From positions 1 to 43,041 of the forward strand of contig WGCR01000550.1 in assembly GCA_015493675.1 (NCBI GenBank): a stretch of DNA of 43,041 nucleotides, given 5' to 3'. Shown here in pieces: positions 8,412 to 19,967 of the stretch. The position numbers and the translations under genes were made by a program. How positions within the stretch are numbered: position 1 is the stretch's first letter; each line of letters starts with the position of its first letter. The notes below the pieces were generated by a model. The model worked only from the letters and a program-made list of their open reading frames with translations, ran no database searches and was not told the DNA's origin. Source of the stretch: Anaerolineae bacterium (lineage in GTDB: Bacteria > Chloroflexota > Anaerolineae > J102).

Positions 8412-9713
8412 ATGAACCAAAAACAATTGCTGCAACAAAAAATAGCAAGCCGCCAGGCCCGAATCGCCATCATTGGTCTGGGCTATGTGGGCCTGCCGCT
8501 GGCCGTAGCCTTCGCCAAGAATGGCTTTCAGGTGACCGGCATCGATGTAGATGAAACCAAGGTGGATGCTATCAACCGCGGCGACTCTTACATCAGCGAC
8601 ATCTCATCAGAAGAGTTGAAGCGATGGACTGCGGCAGGGCAGTCGGGCGGGCGCATGGAGGCCACGACCGATTTTTCCACGCTGGCCGATATCGACGCAG
8701 CCATCATCTGTGTGCCCACGCCCCTGAACAAGACACGCGATCCCGATGTGCGCTATCTCATCTCCGCCGGAAATTCCGTGGCGCGCTACTTGCATCCCGG
8801 CATGTTGATCGTACTGGAATCCACCACCTATCCCGGCACCACCGAGGAGTTGCTGCTGCCCATGCTGCAAAAAGGCGGATCGGGCGAAAGACCTTGCCGC
8901 GTGGGTGAAGATTTCTTCCTGGCCTTCTCGCCCGAACGCATTGATCCGGGCCGCACCGACTGGACGGTGGAGAATACGCCCAAGGTGGTGGGCGGCGTCA
9001 CGCCCGCCTGTCTGGAAGTGGCAACCGCGCTCTACCGCCAGGCCATCGCGCAGATCGAGCAGGTCTCCTCCCCCGCGGCGGCGGAGATGACCAAGTTGCT
9101 GGAAAACACCTTCCGGGCGGTAAACATCGCCCTGGTGAACGAAGTGGCGCTGATGTGTGATAAATTGGGGCTCAATGTATGGGAGATCATCGACGCCGCC
9201 GCCACCAAGCCCTACGGATTTATGAAATTCACACCAGGGCCGGGCGTGGGCGGCCACTGCATCCCGCTGGACCCGCATTATCTCTCCTGGAAACTGAAAA
9301 CCCTCAACTACAACGCCCGATTCATCCAACTGGCCGGAGAAATCAACAGCGATATGCCCCGCTATTGGGTGGAAAAGGTGCAGGATGCCCTGAATGAGGT
9401 GGAGAAACCGGTGAAAGGCAGCCGCGTTCTGGTGCTGGGCGTGGCCTACAAAAAAGATATCGATGATGTGCGCGAATCGCCATCGCTGGACATCATCGCC
9501 CTGCTCAAAGAAAAAGGCGCCGATATTCGTTACCATGATCCGCATGTGCCCGCATTCTCTTATGACGGCCTGAGCCTGCGCAGTGAAAGCAACCTGGATG
9601 CGGCGCTGGCAGAGGCCGACTGCGTGGTGATCGTCACCGATCATTCCAGCTATGACTGGGCGCATGTCGCCAAAAGGGCCGCTCTTTTGGTTGATACGCG
9701 CCACGTCCTGTAG
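8412..9713 (+). CDS. wbpA: UDP-N-acetyl-D-glucosamine 6-dehydrogenase-like nucleotide-sugar dehydrogenase
   Basis: SRQARIAIIGLGYVGLPLAVAF...IDVDETKVDAINRGDSYI closely resembles the WbpA N-terminus as I remember it. The catalytic region is GPGVGGHCIPLDP. Confidence 0.8.
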   Translation: MNQKQLLQQKIASRQARIAIIGLGYVGLPLAVAFAKNGFQVTGIDVDETKVDAINRGDSYISDISSEELKRWTAAGQSGGRMEATTDFSTLADIDAAIICVPTPLNKTRDPDVRYLISAGNSVARYLHPGMLIVLESTTYPGTTEELLLPMLQKGGSGERPCRVGEDFFLAFSPERIDPGRTDWTVENTPKVVGGVTPACLEVATALYRQAIAQIEQVSSPAAAEMTKLLENTFRAVNIALVNEVALMCDKLGLNVWEIIDAAATKPYGFMKFTPGPGVGGHCIPLDPHYLSWKLKTLNYNARFIQLAGEINSDMPRYWVEKVQDALNEVEKPVKGSRVLVLGVAYKKDIDDVRESPSLDIIALLKEKGADIRYHDPHVPAFSYDGLSLRSESNLDAALAEADCVVIVTDHSSYDWAHVAKRAALLVDTRHVL

Positions 9714-9769
9714 AATAAATTTTTGACAAAAAACAATTCATTTCATTAACAAACACCCAAGAGGAGTAA

Positions 9770-11512
<1,743 letters not shown>

Positions 11513-11527
11513 ATTCCGAACGCTGAC

Positions 11528-11578
11528 AGGCATGGCGCGCGCTCGCCCTCTCGGGGAGCCCTGCGCCATGCCTTTTTC
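11528..11578 (+). terminator. Rho-independent terminator after sat-cysC
   Basis: AGGCATGGCGC (11528-11538) pairs perfectly with GCGCCATGCCT (11563-11573). The intervening segment can extend the stem. A TTTTT run follows immediately. Confidence 0.7.
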
Positions 11579-11601
11579 GCCAGTTGGGCGGGAGATTGAT
11601 C

Positions 11602-12228
11602 ATGAAACTGTTTTCATCCTTATTTGGCAAACAAGATGCCGGGAAGAAAAAAACACAGCCGGTCGTCATCGTCTCGGGCCTGCCCCGTTCCGGCACCTCG
11701 ATGATGATGAAGATGCTGGAAGCGGGCGGCATGGCGTTGGTCATCGACGGCATCCGCACCGCAGACGAGGATAACCCCAAGGGCTATTATGAATTCGAGC
11801 GTGTGAAACAACTGGACAAGGGTGACGCGGAATGGGTGGCTGACGCCCGAGGCAAGGCCGTGAAGGTCATCTCCGCCCTGCTGGAGCATTTGCCAGCAGA
11901 CAGTGAGTACAAAGTGTTGTTTATGAATCGCAAGATGCCCGAAGTGCTGGCTTCTCAGCGCAAGATGCTGAAACGGCGCGATGAGAAATCAGAGATCAGC
12001 GATGAAAAGCTGGCAGAATTGTTGGACAAGCACGTGAAACAGGTCAAGGCCTGGCTGGCCCGGCAGCCCAATTTCGAGATGCTGGACCTGGACTACAATG
12101 CTATGTTGACAGACCCCGAACCCTGGGCGGTCAGAATCAACGCCTTCCTGGGGGGAAAGCTGGACGCCCGGGCCATGGTCGAGGTGGTCGATCCCAATCT
12201 TTACCGCAATCGAGCGCAAGAAAGCTAA
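11602..12228 (+). CDS. Small sulfotransferase-family protein
   Basis: The 5'-PSB-like P-loop is VVIVSGLPRSGTSMM. The gene sits directly downstream of the PAPS synthase. ATG 11602 is preceded by GGAG at 11591-11594, whereas the ORF-track start at 11584 is TTG. Confidence 0.75.
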   Translation: MKLFSSLFGKQDAGKKKTQPVVIVSGLPRSGTSMMMKMLEAGGMALVIDGIRTADEDNPKGYYEFERVKQLDKGDAEWVADARGKAVKVISALLEHLPADSEYKVLFMNRKMPEVLASQRKMLKRRDEKSEISDEKLAELLDKHVKQVKAWLARQPNFEMLDLDYNAMLTDPEPWAVRINAFLGGKLDARAMVEVVDPNLYRNRAQES

Positions 12229-12240
12229 GCGACTCCAATC

Positions 12241-14586
12241 ATGAAGCGCTTCTCCCGTCGTTCTGTTCTGTTCCCGGCGTTTATCGCAACAACCGCTCTG
12301 CTGGCGCTGCTCCTGCTGGGCCCGACGTTGCTCGCCCGGACGCAGGTGAATCTGTTCAGCGCCGATCTGGCCCGGCTGTGGACGCGAGATACGCTGATCC
12401 CCACCGATGCTGCCTGCCCGCCCGCGAAACAAGCATCTTTGCGGGCCATGCAAGAGCAGTTGAAACGGATCGATGAGGCGGACGCTCACACATCGCTGCA
12501 TCGCGGGCAACTGGCCTGCTTGCAGGGGGATGTCAATCAGGCGGGCGATATCTGGCTGGCCGGACAAAACGCGGCCTATGTCACCGACTCGGTGCAGTTT
12601 CTGGACGCGGCCATCGCCAAATTCACCGAAGGTGACGTTCTGGAGACAGACGAAGCAAAGGCCATCGGCAAATACGCATCCAAGCAAGGCGCCGCCAGCG
12701 AGCGAGAGAAAGACCTGCCAACCGCGGCAGGATGGTATGAAATGGCCTTTGCCTATGCGCCCGATGGCAAAACCGCGGGCAAACTGGCATCCATTTATAA
12801 AAAATTGGGACAGAATGAAAAAATAACTGACGTCTGGGAGCGTTTGCAGGCCCAATACCCCACTGATTCTCCCGAATATTGGTGGGCAATGGGGCAGGCG
12901 CTGGAGCAAGGCAAAAATTGGGATGGGGCCCTGGATGCCTATCTGAAGGCAGGGGCGCTGGAGACAGACGCCAAAAAGGCGCTGAGAGATTATTTGCGAG
13001 CTGGCGGCATGGGCCTGCGCTCGCGTGAATTCGAAAAAGCTGAAGAAGCGTATCAAAAAGCCATCGCCACCGTCCCCGACAAGATCGATGGCTATCTGGG
13101 CATGGGACATGTCTACCGCTATCAGCAACGCTACGATGAGGCTGCCGAATGGTATCGCAAAGCCATAGAAATCCAGCCAGATAACTATGTTTCTTACTAT
13201 TATCTGGCTACAATCGCGCGTTCGGAAGGCAACTACCAGAAATCTTTGGATTATTTGAACAAATCGCTGGCGTTGAGAGCAAATAATGCCAGCACCCTTT
13301 ATCAGAAGTCGTTGACGCTGGATATGATGGGAGAGCGGGGGAATGCGATCAATGTATTGAGTCAAGCCATTGCATTGCACAAAAATCCGCCGCCGGAATG
13401 GCGTTCCCAGTTGGAGCAGTGGCGGAAATACCCCGATGCTGATTCTAACCCGGCGCTCTGGTGGCAGTTGGGCCAGGAAGCTGAGAAAGGCAAGGATTGG
13501 GAAAAAGCGTCCGAGATGTACAAATTGGGCGCAGCAATCGCTATTCCTCCCGATGATTATCGTTTTTTGTTGCAACGGGGACGCATGTTGCGGCGTCTGG
13601 GGGAATTGGCGGATGCGAGCGCCGTGCTGAAACGCGCCATCGAGAAATATCCGGATAAAGCTGATCCTTACATCGAGTTGGGCGACATCGCCCGAAATCA
13701 AAAAGATTATGATAAAGCGATCGCCTTGTTCCAAAAAGCGCATGAATTAGCCCCGGACGATTACCGGCCATTGCTGTATCTGGGGTTAATCTCCCGGAGC
13801 CAAGAGCATTACGAGCAGGCGCTAGTCTATCTGCAAGAGGCGCTGGCTATCAAGCCCGATTCGCGAGAATTATTGTATTATCAGGCCACGGTGCTGGACG
13901 CTCTGGGGAGGCGAGAGGAAGCAATCGATTCGATGCAGAAAGCCATAGCGGGGATGGCGTCGCCGCCAGAGGATTGGTCGAAGCTGCTGGCCAAATGGCA
14001 ACGTTACCCCACCACAGAATCGGATCCGGCCTATTGGGCGGCGCTGGCCCGAGAGGCGGAAAAAACACAGGACTGGCAAAAGGCTGCGGATTTGTATCAA
14101 AAGGCTGTAGAGCTGGCCCAGGGTGAGGACGCTTATCCCTATCTGATCAAGCTGGGCTACATGTTCATCCGGGAACGGGCGTATGAACGGGCCGAGCAGG
14201 CGTACAAACAGGCATTGACGCTGGAGCCGGAGAGCATCGATGCGCTTCTGGGCATCGGTGAAACTTATCGGTATCGCAAAGAGTACAGCGAGGCGGAGCG
14301 CTGGTATCGACAGGCTCAAAAAGTGGCGCCCGATAATTTCCGCCCGCCTTATCATCTTGGCATGGCGCTCTATTACCAGAAGCGTTATGACGAGGCATTG
14401 AAATCACTGGATCGATCGCTATCGATGCACCCTGAAAACGCCTGGGGGCAGTATTTCCGGGCGTTCACGTTACGGGCCTTGGGACGAAATAAGGAAGCTC
14501 TGTCCAGCCTGGAAAAAGCCATCGATATGCACCCGAATTCCCCCGAAAGCTGGAAAAACTTACTGAACCAATGGAGGGAGCAATAA
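12241..14586 (+). CDS. Membrane-anchored or secreted tetratricopeptide-repeat protein
   Basis: The N-terminus has a hydrophobic anchor (VLFPAFIATTALLALLLLGP). Many TPR-like A..Y.KAL...P motifs follow. The protein has an internal module of about 190 aa repeated three times. Confidence 0.8.
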   Translation: MKRFSRRSVLFPAFIATTALLALLLLGPTLLARTQVNLFSADLARLWTRDTLIPTDAACPPAKQASLRAMQEQLKRIDEADAHTSLHRGQLACLQGDVNQAGDIWLAGQNAAYVTDSVQFLDAAIAKFTEGDVLETDEAKAIGKYASKQGAASEREKDLPTAAGWYEMAFAYAPDGKTAGKLASIYKKLGQNEKITDVWERLQAQYPTDSPEYWWAMGQALEQGKNWDGALDAYLKAGALETDAKKALRDYLRAGGMGLRSREFEKAEEAYQKAIATVPDKIDGYLGMGHVYRYQQRYDEAAEWYRKAIEIQPDNYVSYYYLATIARSEGNYQKSLDYLNKSLALRANNASTLYQKSLTLDMMGERGNAINVLSQAIALHKNPPPEWRSQLEQWRKYPDADSNPALWWQLGQEAEKGKDWEKASEMYKLGAAIAIPPDDYRFLLQRGRMLRRLGELADASAVLKRAIEKYPDKADPYIELGDIARNQKDYDKAIALFQKAHELAPDDYRPLLYLGLISRSQEHYEQALVYLQEALAIKPDSRELLYYQATVLDALGRREEAIDSMQKAIAGMASPPEDWSKLLAKWQRYPTTESDPAYWAALAREAEKTQDWQKAADLYQKAVELAQGEDAYPYLIKLGYMFIRERAYERAEQAYKQALTLEPESIDALLGIGETYRYRKEYSEAERWYRQAQKVAPDNFRPPYHLGMALYYQKRYDEALKSLDRSLSMHPENAWGQYFRAFTLRALGRNKEALSSLEKAIDMHPNSPESWKNLLNQWREQ

Positions 14587-15593
14587 TGACAGAGAACCAG
14601 CCCAAAGTGGCCGTTATTGGCTGCGGTTATTGGGGCAAAAACCTGGTGCGTAATTTCAATCAGCTCGGCGCGCTGGCAATGGTTGTGGACGCCACCGAGG
14701 CCGGACGGGCCAAGGCGCGGGAGCTCGCCCCCGATGTTCCCATCGCCGAAGACATCGAAGCGGCATTGACATCGGATGTGCAAGGCGTTGTCGTCGCCAC
14801 GCCCGCAGAGACGCATTATGCGTTGGTCAAGCGGGCGCTGCAGGCGAACAAGGACGTGTTTGTCGAGAAGCCCATGGCTCTGACTTATGAACAAGGTCGA
14901 GAGCTGGTGCTGCTGGCCCGCGCGCGGGAGCGCATCCTGCTGGTGGGGCACGTTCTGGAGTATCATCCCGCTATCATAAAGCTGCTGGACATGATTGCCA
15001 GCGGCGATCTGGGCAAGGTGCGCTACATCTACTCCAACCGCCTCAGCCTGGGCAAGATACGACGCGAGGAAAACATCCTGTGGAGCTTCGCTCCTCACGA
15101 CATTGCGGTGATCCTGCGTCTGACCGGCGGCATGCCTTTTCAGGTGTCGGCCACGGGCGGCGCCTATGTGCAGCCCAACATCGCGGATGTGACGGTGACC
15201 AATTTGCTGTTCGATAATGGCGCGCGGGCGCACATCTTCGTCTCCTGGCTGCATCCTTTCAAGGAGCAACGTCTGGTGGTCATCGGCTCCAAAAAGATGG
15301 CCAGCTTCGATGATGTTTCCAAGAAACTGGTGCTCTACGATCAGCGGGTGGAATGGGATCGGGGTCAACCTGTCCCCATCAAGGGAGCGGGAGATATTGT
15401 ATCGTACCCGGATGCGGAGCCGTTACGGCAGGAGTGTCAGGCGTTTTTGAACGCCATCACCACCCGGCAGCGCCCCGTGACGCACGGAGAGAGCGGCCTG
15501 CGGGTGCTGCGAGTGTTGCAGGCGGCGCAGCGTTCACTGGTCACCAATGGCGAGCCTGTGCGCTTGCCGATGGAAGGAGTGGAATTGTGGTAG
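14586..15593 (+). CDS. wbpB: Gfo/Idh/MocA oxidoreductase, WbpB/WlbA-like (UDP-GlcNAcA 3-dehydrogenase)
   Basis: [18 protein letters not shown] is the Rossmann motif, with VFVEKPMA and GHVLEYHPA also present. It lies immediately upstream of the WbpD-like gene. The start ATG 14586 overlaps the TPR gene stop (TAATG). Confidence 0.75.
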   Translation: MTENQPKVAVIGCGYWGKNLVRNFNQLGALAMVVDATEAGRAKARELAPDVPIAEDIEAALTSDVQGVVVATPAETHYALVKRALQANKDVFVEKPMALTYEQGRELVLLARARERILLVGHVLEYHPAIIKLLDMIASGDLGKVRYIYSNRLSLGKIRREENILWSFAPHDIAVILRLTGGMPFQVSATGGAYVQPNIADVTVTNLLFDNGARAHIFVSWLHPFKEQRLVVIGSKKMASFDDVSKKLVLYDQRVEWDRGQPVPIKGAGDIVSYPDAEPLRQECQAFLNAITTRQRPVTHGESGLRVLRVLQAAQRSLVTNGEPVRLPMEGVELW

Positions 15594-16207
15594 AAAAGAC
15601 TTATTTCGTCCATCCCACCGCAGTGGTGGATGAAGGCGCGGTCATCGGTGATGGCACGCGCATCTGGCATTTCAGTCATATCATGCCCACGGCCCGCATC
15701 GGGCAGGGCTGCAATTTGGGCCAGAATGTGTTCGTGGACAACAGCACGGTTATCGGCGATCGCGTCAAGATTCAGAACAACGTCTCGGTGTACAACGGCG
15801 TCATCCTGGAGGATTACGTTTTCTGCGGCCCCTCCATGGTCTTCACCAATGTCATCAATCCCCGCAGCGAGATAGAGCGCAAGAGTGAGTTCAAGACCAC
15901 GCTGGTGCGGCGCGGCGCCACCATCGGCGCCAACGCCACCATTGTTTGCGGCGTCACCATCGGCCGCTATGCGCTCATCGGCGCCGGCGCGGTGGTCACG
16001 GGCGATGTCCCAGATTACGCCTTGATGATCGGCGTGCCCGCCCGGCAGGCTGGCTGGATCAGTCGTCACGGACATCGGCTCGTCGATCGGGACGAAGAAG
16101 GCGCCTGGGTGTGTCCGCAGAGCGGCTGGCGCTATCGCGAGGTGGAGCCGGGCGTGCTGCGTTGCCTGGATTTGCCTGAAGATGAGCCGTTGCCCGGCAA
16201 AGACTGA
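15587..16207 (+). CDS. wbpD: UDP-2-acetamido-3-amino-2,3-dideoxy-glucuronate N-acetyltransferase-like (left-handed beta-helix)
   Basis: IWHFSHI...GQNVFV...[78 protein letters not shown]...GVPARQAGW matches the WlbB/WbpD sequence I remember almost block for block. It has a GTG start with GGAAGGAG upstream. Confidence 0.85.
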   Translation: MVEKTYFVHPTAVVDEGAVIGDGTRIWHFSHIMPTARIGQGCNLGQNVFVDNSTVIGDRVKIQNNVSVYNGVILEDYVFCGPSMVFTNVINPRSEIERKSEFKTTLVRRGATIGANATIVCGVTIGRYALIGAGAVVTGDVPDYALMIGVPARQAGWISRHGHRLVDRDEEGAWVCPQSGWRYREVEPGVLRCLDLPEDEPLPGKD

Positions 16208-16216
16208 CGCCAACAG

Positions 16217-17533
16217 ATGACGACGATACGCACTCGGTTTCAGATGCTCATACAGCGTTTGCGGAGCGGCAGCTTCTTGGGCAATGTGTTGATTCTGGCG
16301 GGAGGCACGGGCCTGGGACAACTCATCGTGGTGCTGGCCACGCCCGTGCTGACGCGCATTTATGAGCCAGCGGAATTTGGCGTCTTGACAGTGTTTGTTT
16401 CTATCATGGGGCTGATGATCGTTGTTTCGGCGTTGAGGTATGAAATCGCGATCCCCCTGCCAGCCTCACCCGTCGCCGCCATCAACCTGACAGCGTTGAG
16501 CAGCCTGATTGTGGTGGGAATGAGCATTCTTTCAGGCGTCATCCTTTTCTTTTTCGGCGCTGCATTGGCCCAACGCCTCTCAGTTCCTCAGCTTATACCC
16601 TATCTCTGGTTTTTCCCAGTGGGATTGCTCACCGGCGGACTATTCCAGACACTGAGCTATTGGCACATCCGTCAGCGTCAGTTCAAGCGCCTGACGCAAG
16701 CAAAGGTGGGGCAGAGCACAGGCATGGTAGGCGGCCAGCTACTGATGGGCGGGCTAAAATTCGGCGCCGTCGGTCTGGTGGGAGGCTACGTGCTGGGTCG
16801 GATTGTAGCCGGGGGACAACTCCTCTATTCCATGATTCGAGACAGCCGAACGCTGTTTGGAGATATCCACTTCTCCAATATCAAAAAATCGGCCAGTCGC
16901 TATCGTCGATTTCCGTTGATTTCGAGCTGGTCGGCTTTATTGAACCAGGGGGGCTTGCAAGCTGCGCCTTTGTTGTTGGCTGCGTTCTATGGCGTGCAGG
17001 TAGCGGGCTGGTTCGGGCTGGCTCAACGTGTGGCCGGCATCCCGCTCACACTAATCGGACGGTCGGTCTCACAAGTCTACCTGGGCGAAGCCTCTCGCCT
17101 GCACAATGAAAATCCTGCGGCCATGCGGCGCCTCTTCCTGCGGACCGCGTCAAAACTCTTCCTTTATGTCGGCATCCCGCTGATGATTGGCGGGCTGATT
17201 GCCCCCTGGATTTTTGGATTTATCTTCGGGGAGCAATGGCGCATCTCGGGTTGGTACATCGTCGCCCTCCTGCCCATGTTTTTGGGCCAAATGGTGGTGA
17301 CTCCGCTATCACAGACTCTGAATATCCTGGAAAGGCAGGACTTGCAATTGATCTGGGATTTTTTCAGGATTCTTGTTGTTGCGTCAGCCATTGCCATACC
17401 TTACTATTGGTTCCGATCCGAGACGTTATTCACGTTAGCATTTTACAGCGTTGCCATGTTTAGCATGTATGGAATTTTATTCTTGATGATGTATCGGCAA
17501 TTAAACATTCTCAAACCGATTCCGGAATCATAG
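16217..17533 (+). CDS. wzx: Wzx-type oligosaccharide flippase (MOP superfamily)
   Basis: The protein is polytopic with about 12 predicted helices. It has a Polysacc_synt-like N-terminus (LGNVLILAGGTGLGQLIVVLATPVLTRIYEPAEFG). Confidence 0.75.
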   Translation: MTTIRTRFQMLIQRLRSGSFLGNVLILAGGTGLGQLIVVLATPVLTRIYEPAEFGVLTVFVSIMGLMIVVSALRYEIAIPLPASPVAAINLTALSSLIVVGMSILSGVILFFFGAALAQRLSVPQLIPYLWFFPVGLLTGGLFQTLSYWHIRQRQFKRLTQAKVGQSTGMVGGQLLMGGLKFGAVGLVGGYVLGRIVAGGQLLYSMIRDSRTLFGDIHFSNIKKSASRYRRFPLISSWSALLNQGGLQAAPLLLAAFYGVQVAGWFGLAQRVAGIPLTLIGRSVSQVYLGEASRLHNENPAAMRRLFLRTASKLFLYVGIPLMIGGLIAPWIFGFIFGEQWRISGWYIVALLPMFLGQMVVTPLSQTLNILERQDLQLIWDFFRILVVASAIAIPYYWFRSETLFTLAFYSVAMFSMYGILFLMMYRQLNILKPIPES

Positions 17534-17548
17534 GTCAGGGTTGAAATC

Positions 17549-18862
17549 ATGCCTATCATGGGAGATCACATCAAAGCCCGTCTTTATAACCGCTACTTGT
17601 GGCTGGTCGTCGGCGCTTTTATCATCTATCGCATTCTGCTTGATATTCTGTTTTGGCAAGGACAATCATTGTTTCAATATCTAATTGGGAAAATGAATGT
17701 GGTTCCCTGTAGCTTATTTGCCATCAGCTATGCAATGTTACTCGCCATTCTGCTGGCGGGGCCGATCAGGGTGGAGCGAGCGTCAGAATTTATGTATTTT
17801 ATATTTTTGACAATGCTCTATATTCCCATTTCATCGGTTTACGCCATGACCAACGGTGACGCCTGGGGCTACGTTGCCATTACATTGGCGTTTTTTATCT
17901 ACGCAATATTTGTAAAAAATATCGATTTTCGATTTTCTTTGCCACAAATCAAAATAAAAAGATATTATTTGCTTCTATATGCTATCCTTGCAGCTCTTTT
18001 ATTGGCGCTTGTAGCAAAATTTGGAATGGGATTCAAATTTCTCTCCTTGCTGGATGTTTACACTGTCCGCGCACAATACAAAGAAAATGCGAGCCGCTTT
18101 ATTGGATATGCCATCAGTTGGCTTGGGAATGTCCTCAATCCGTGGCTGTTCGCCAGAGGATTATTCAGAAAAAACATCAGCCTTGTGCTTATTGGAATCA
18201 TTATCAGTTACTATCTCTATTCGATCACTGGTTTCAAAAGCGTTTTCTTTTCTTTGTTCTTTGTGTTCATTGTGTTTGTTCTAACTCGGTATTTTCTGCG
18301 CTTCTATCAGTTGGCCTTCGTGGGATTGCTTGATGTTATGTTGATGGGCTTTGTTATGGGGAATCTGTTCAAATCACATTTTATGATGATTTTGACCAGT
18401 CTGTTTGCACGTCGCGTTCTGATGACGCCGGGCCTTTTATATTGGCGCTATATCGATTTTATGAAAACGCATCCCCTTGATTATTTTGCCCAGCATCTGC
18501 CCATCAGTTTTTTCCTGCAAAGTCATTATGAAAAATCTATCCCATACATGATTGGTGAGTATACAGGAAACGTTGGAACCCACGTCAATGCCAGTGTTTT
18601 TGCCGATTCAATTGTCAATTTAGGCTATTGGGGCATTTTTCTCATCTTGGTTTTTCTTTTATTTTTCTCTGTCCTGGCTGATATTGTTTCATACAACAAA
18701 CACAGAGAAATTGTCTATTCGATCCTGATTATGCCGATATTCGCCATGGTGAACTCTTCCATTTTTACGGCATTGTTAAACCATGGATTTCTCTTTGCAC
18801 TTTTGATCATCTACCTACTACCTACAGAACAGCATGAGTCAATTCCCCCAACCACTACCTAA
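17549..18862 (+). CDS. Polytopic membrane protein, putative repeat-unit polymerase (Wzy-like)
   Basis: The protein is very hydrophobic, AT-rich and multi-TM, and it sits directly after wzx. I recognise no diagnostic motif, so the call rests on context. Confidence 0.45.
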   Translation: MPIMGDHIKARLYNRYLWLVVGAFIIYRILLDILFWQGQSLFQYLIGKMNVVPCSLFAISYAMLLAILLAGPIRVERASEFMYFIFLTMLYIPISSVYAMTNGDAWGYVAITLAFFIYAIFVKNIDFRFSLPQIKIKRYYLLLYAILAALLLALVAKFGMGFKFLSLLDVYTVRAQYKENASRFIGYAISWLGNVLNPWLFARGLFRKNISLVLIGIIISYYLYSITGFKSVFFSLFFVFIVFVLTRYFLRFYQLAFVGLLDVMLMGFVMGNLFKSHFMMILTSLFARRVLMTPGLLYWRYIDFMKTHPLDYFAQHLPISFFLQSHYEKSIPYMIGEYTGNVGTHVNASVFADSIVNLGYWGIFLILVFLLFFSVLADIVSYNKHREIVYSILIMPIFAMVNSSIFTALLNHGFLFALLIIYLLPTEQHESIPPTTT

Positions 18863-19961
18863 AATCATCCACCTTACTTCGGTTCATTCCCCCTTCGATA
18901 CGCGCATTTTCTACAAAGAATGCGTCTCATTGGCCCGAGCCGGGTATGATGTCACGCTGATCGCTCCCCACGAGCAGTCGGAGACGGTTCACGGCGTAAA
19001 AATCCACGCTGTGCCCAAGCCCGTCGGTAAAAAGCAGCGAATGAAGCAGACTATCTGGCAGGTGCACCGGGCGGCGTTGGAAGAAAATGGCGATCTCTAC
19101 CATTTTCACGATCCTGAATTGATTCCCATAGGATTTCTGCTGAAAGCAAGAGGCAAAAAGGTTATCTTTGATATTCATGAGGACGTCCCGGCGCAGATTC
19201 TTGAAAAAGAGTATCTGAACCCCGCCTGGATCAGAACCTTTATTTCGGCTGGCTTCAGGTTTTTAGAGTGGATGAGCGGCGTCTTTTTTGACGGCATCAT
19301 CAGCGTCGTGTCCAAGGTGACAAACAAATTCCCGGAACAAAAATCCATTACACTTCCCAATTATCCGATCCTCGATTTCATCGATGCAGTTGCTCCCGCC
19401 AACATCCAAAAACAACATCCTGTTATCATTTATGCCGGAGGACTCACAAAAATTCGGAGTGCAGTCGAACTGGTTCAATCGGCAGGGAAAATCGATGACC
19501 AGGCCGAACTATGGCTGCTGGGAAAATGGGAGTCTGAAGCCCTCAGGGAAGCGTGTGAGCAGCTACCAGGCTGGGAGAAAGTCCGGTATCTGGGCTTCAA
19601 ATCATTGCAGGAAACATACGGTTATCTAAAAATTTCTGACATCGGCCTTGCTGTTTTTTATCCTGTGTTCAATCACCTGATCGCCTCACCGAATAAAGCA
19701 TTCGAATACATGGCCTGTTCACTCCCCATCGTCATGTCTGATTTCCCCTACTGGCGGAAGGCGTTCGACGGCGCTGCTATTTTTGTCGATCCTCAGGATC
19801 CAGAGGCCATTGCCGGGGCGATTCAATATCTGCTCGATCATCCGGATGAAGCCAGACGCCTGGGCGAAACCGGGCGGCGTCTTGTCGAGAAAAAGTATTC
19901 CTGGGAAACAGAAGTTCCAAAACTTTTGGCGCTTTATAAACAAATTCTGGGAGAAGCGTAA
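18834..19961 (+). CDS. Glycosyltransferase family 4
   Basis: The N-terminus is IIHLTSVHSPFDTRIFYKECVSLARAGYDV. The C-terminal GT1/GT4 region is NKAFEYMACSLPIVMSDFP (EX7E-type). Confidence 0.8.
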   Translation: MSQFPQPLPKIIHLTSVHSPFDTRIFYKECVSLARAGYDVTLIAPHEQSETVHGVKIHAVPKPVGKKQRMKQTIWQVHRAALEENGDLYHFHDPELIPIGFLLKARGKKVIFDIHEDVPAQILEKEYLNPAWIRTFISAGFRFLEWMSGVFFDGIISVVSKVTNKFPEQKSITLPNYPILDFIDAVAPANIQKQHPVIIYAGGLTKIRSAVELVQSAGKIDDQAELWLLGKWESEALREACEQLPGWEKVRYLGFKSLQETYGYLKISDIGLAVFYPVFNHLIASPNKAFEYMACSLPIVMSDFPYWRKAFDGAAIFVDPQDPEAIAGAIQYLLDHPDEARRLGETGRRLVEKKYSWETEVPKLLALYKQILGEA

Positions 19962-19967
19962 AACAAC

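Noticed and set aside
9723-9751. A perfect TTGACA in the AT-rich spacer before sat-cysC, as a promoter
   Set aside because: No acceptable -10 hexamer lies at 16-18 nt spacing (best is CATTAA at 15 nt). A similar weak candidate, TTGCGG-18-TATACT at 21316-21345, was also left out of the feature list.
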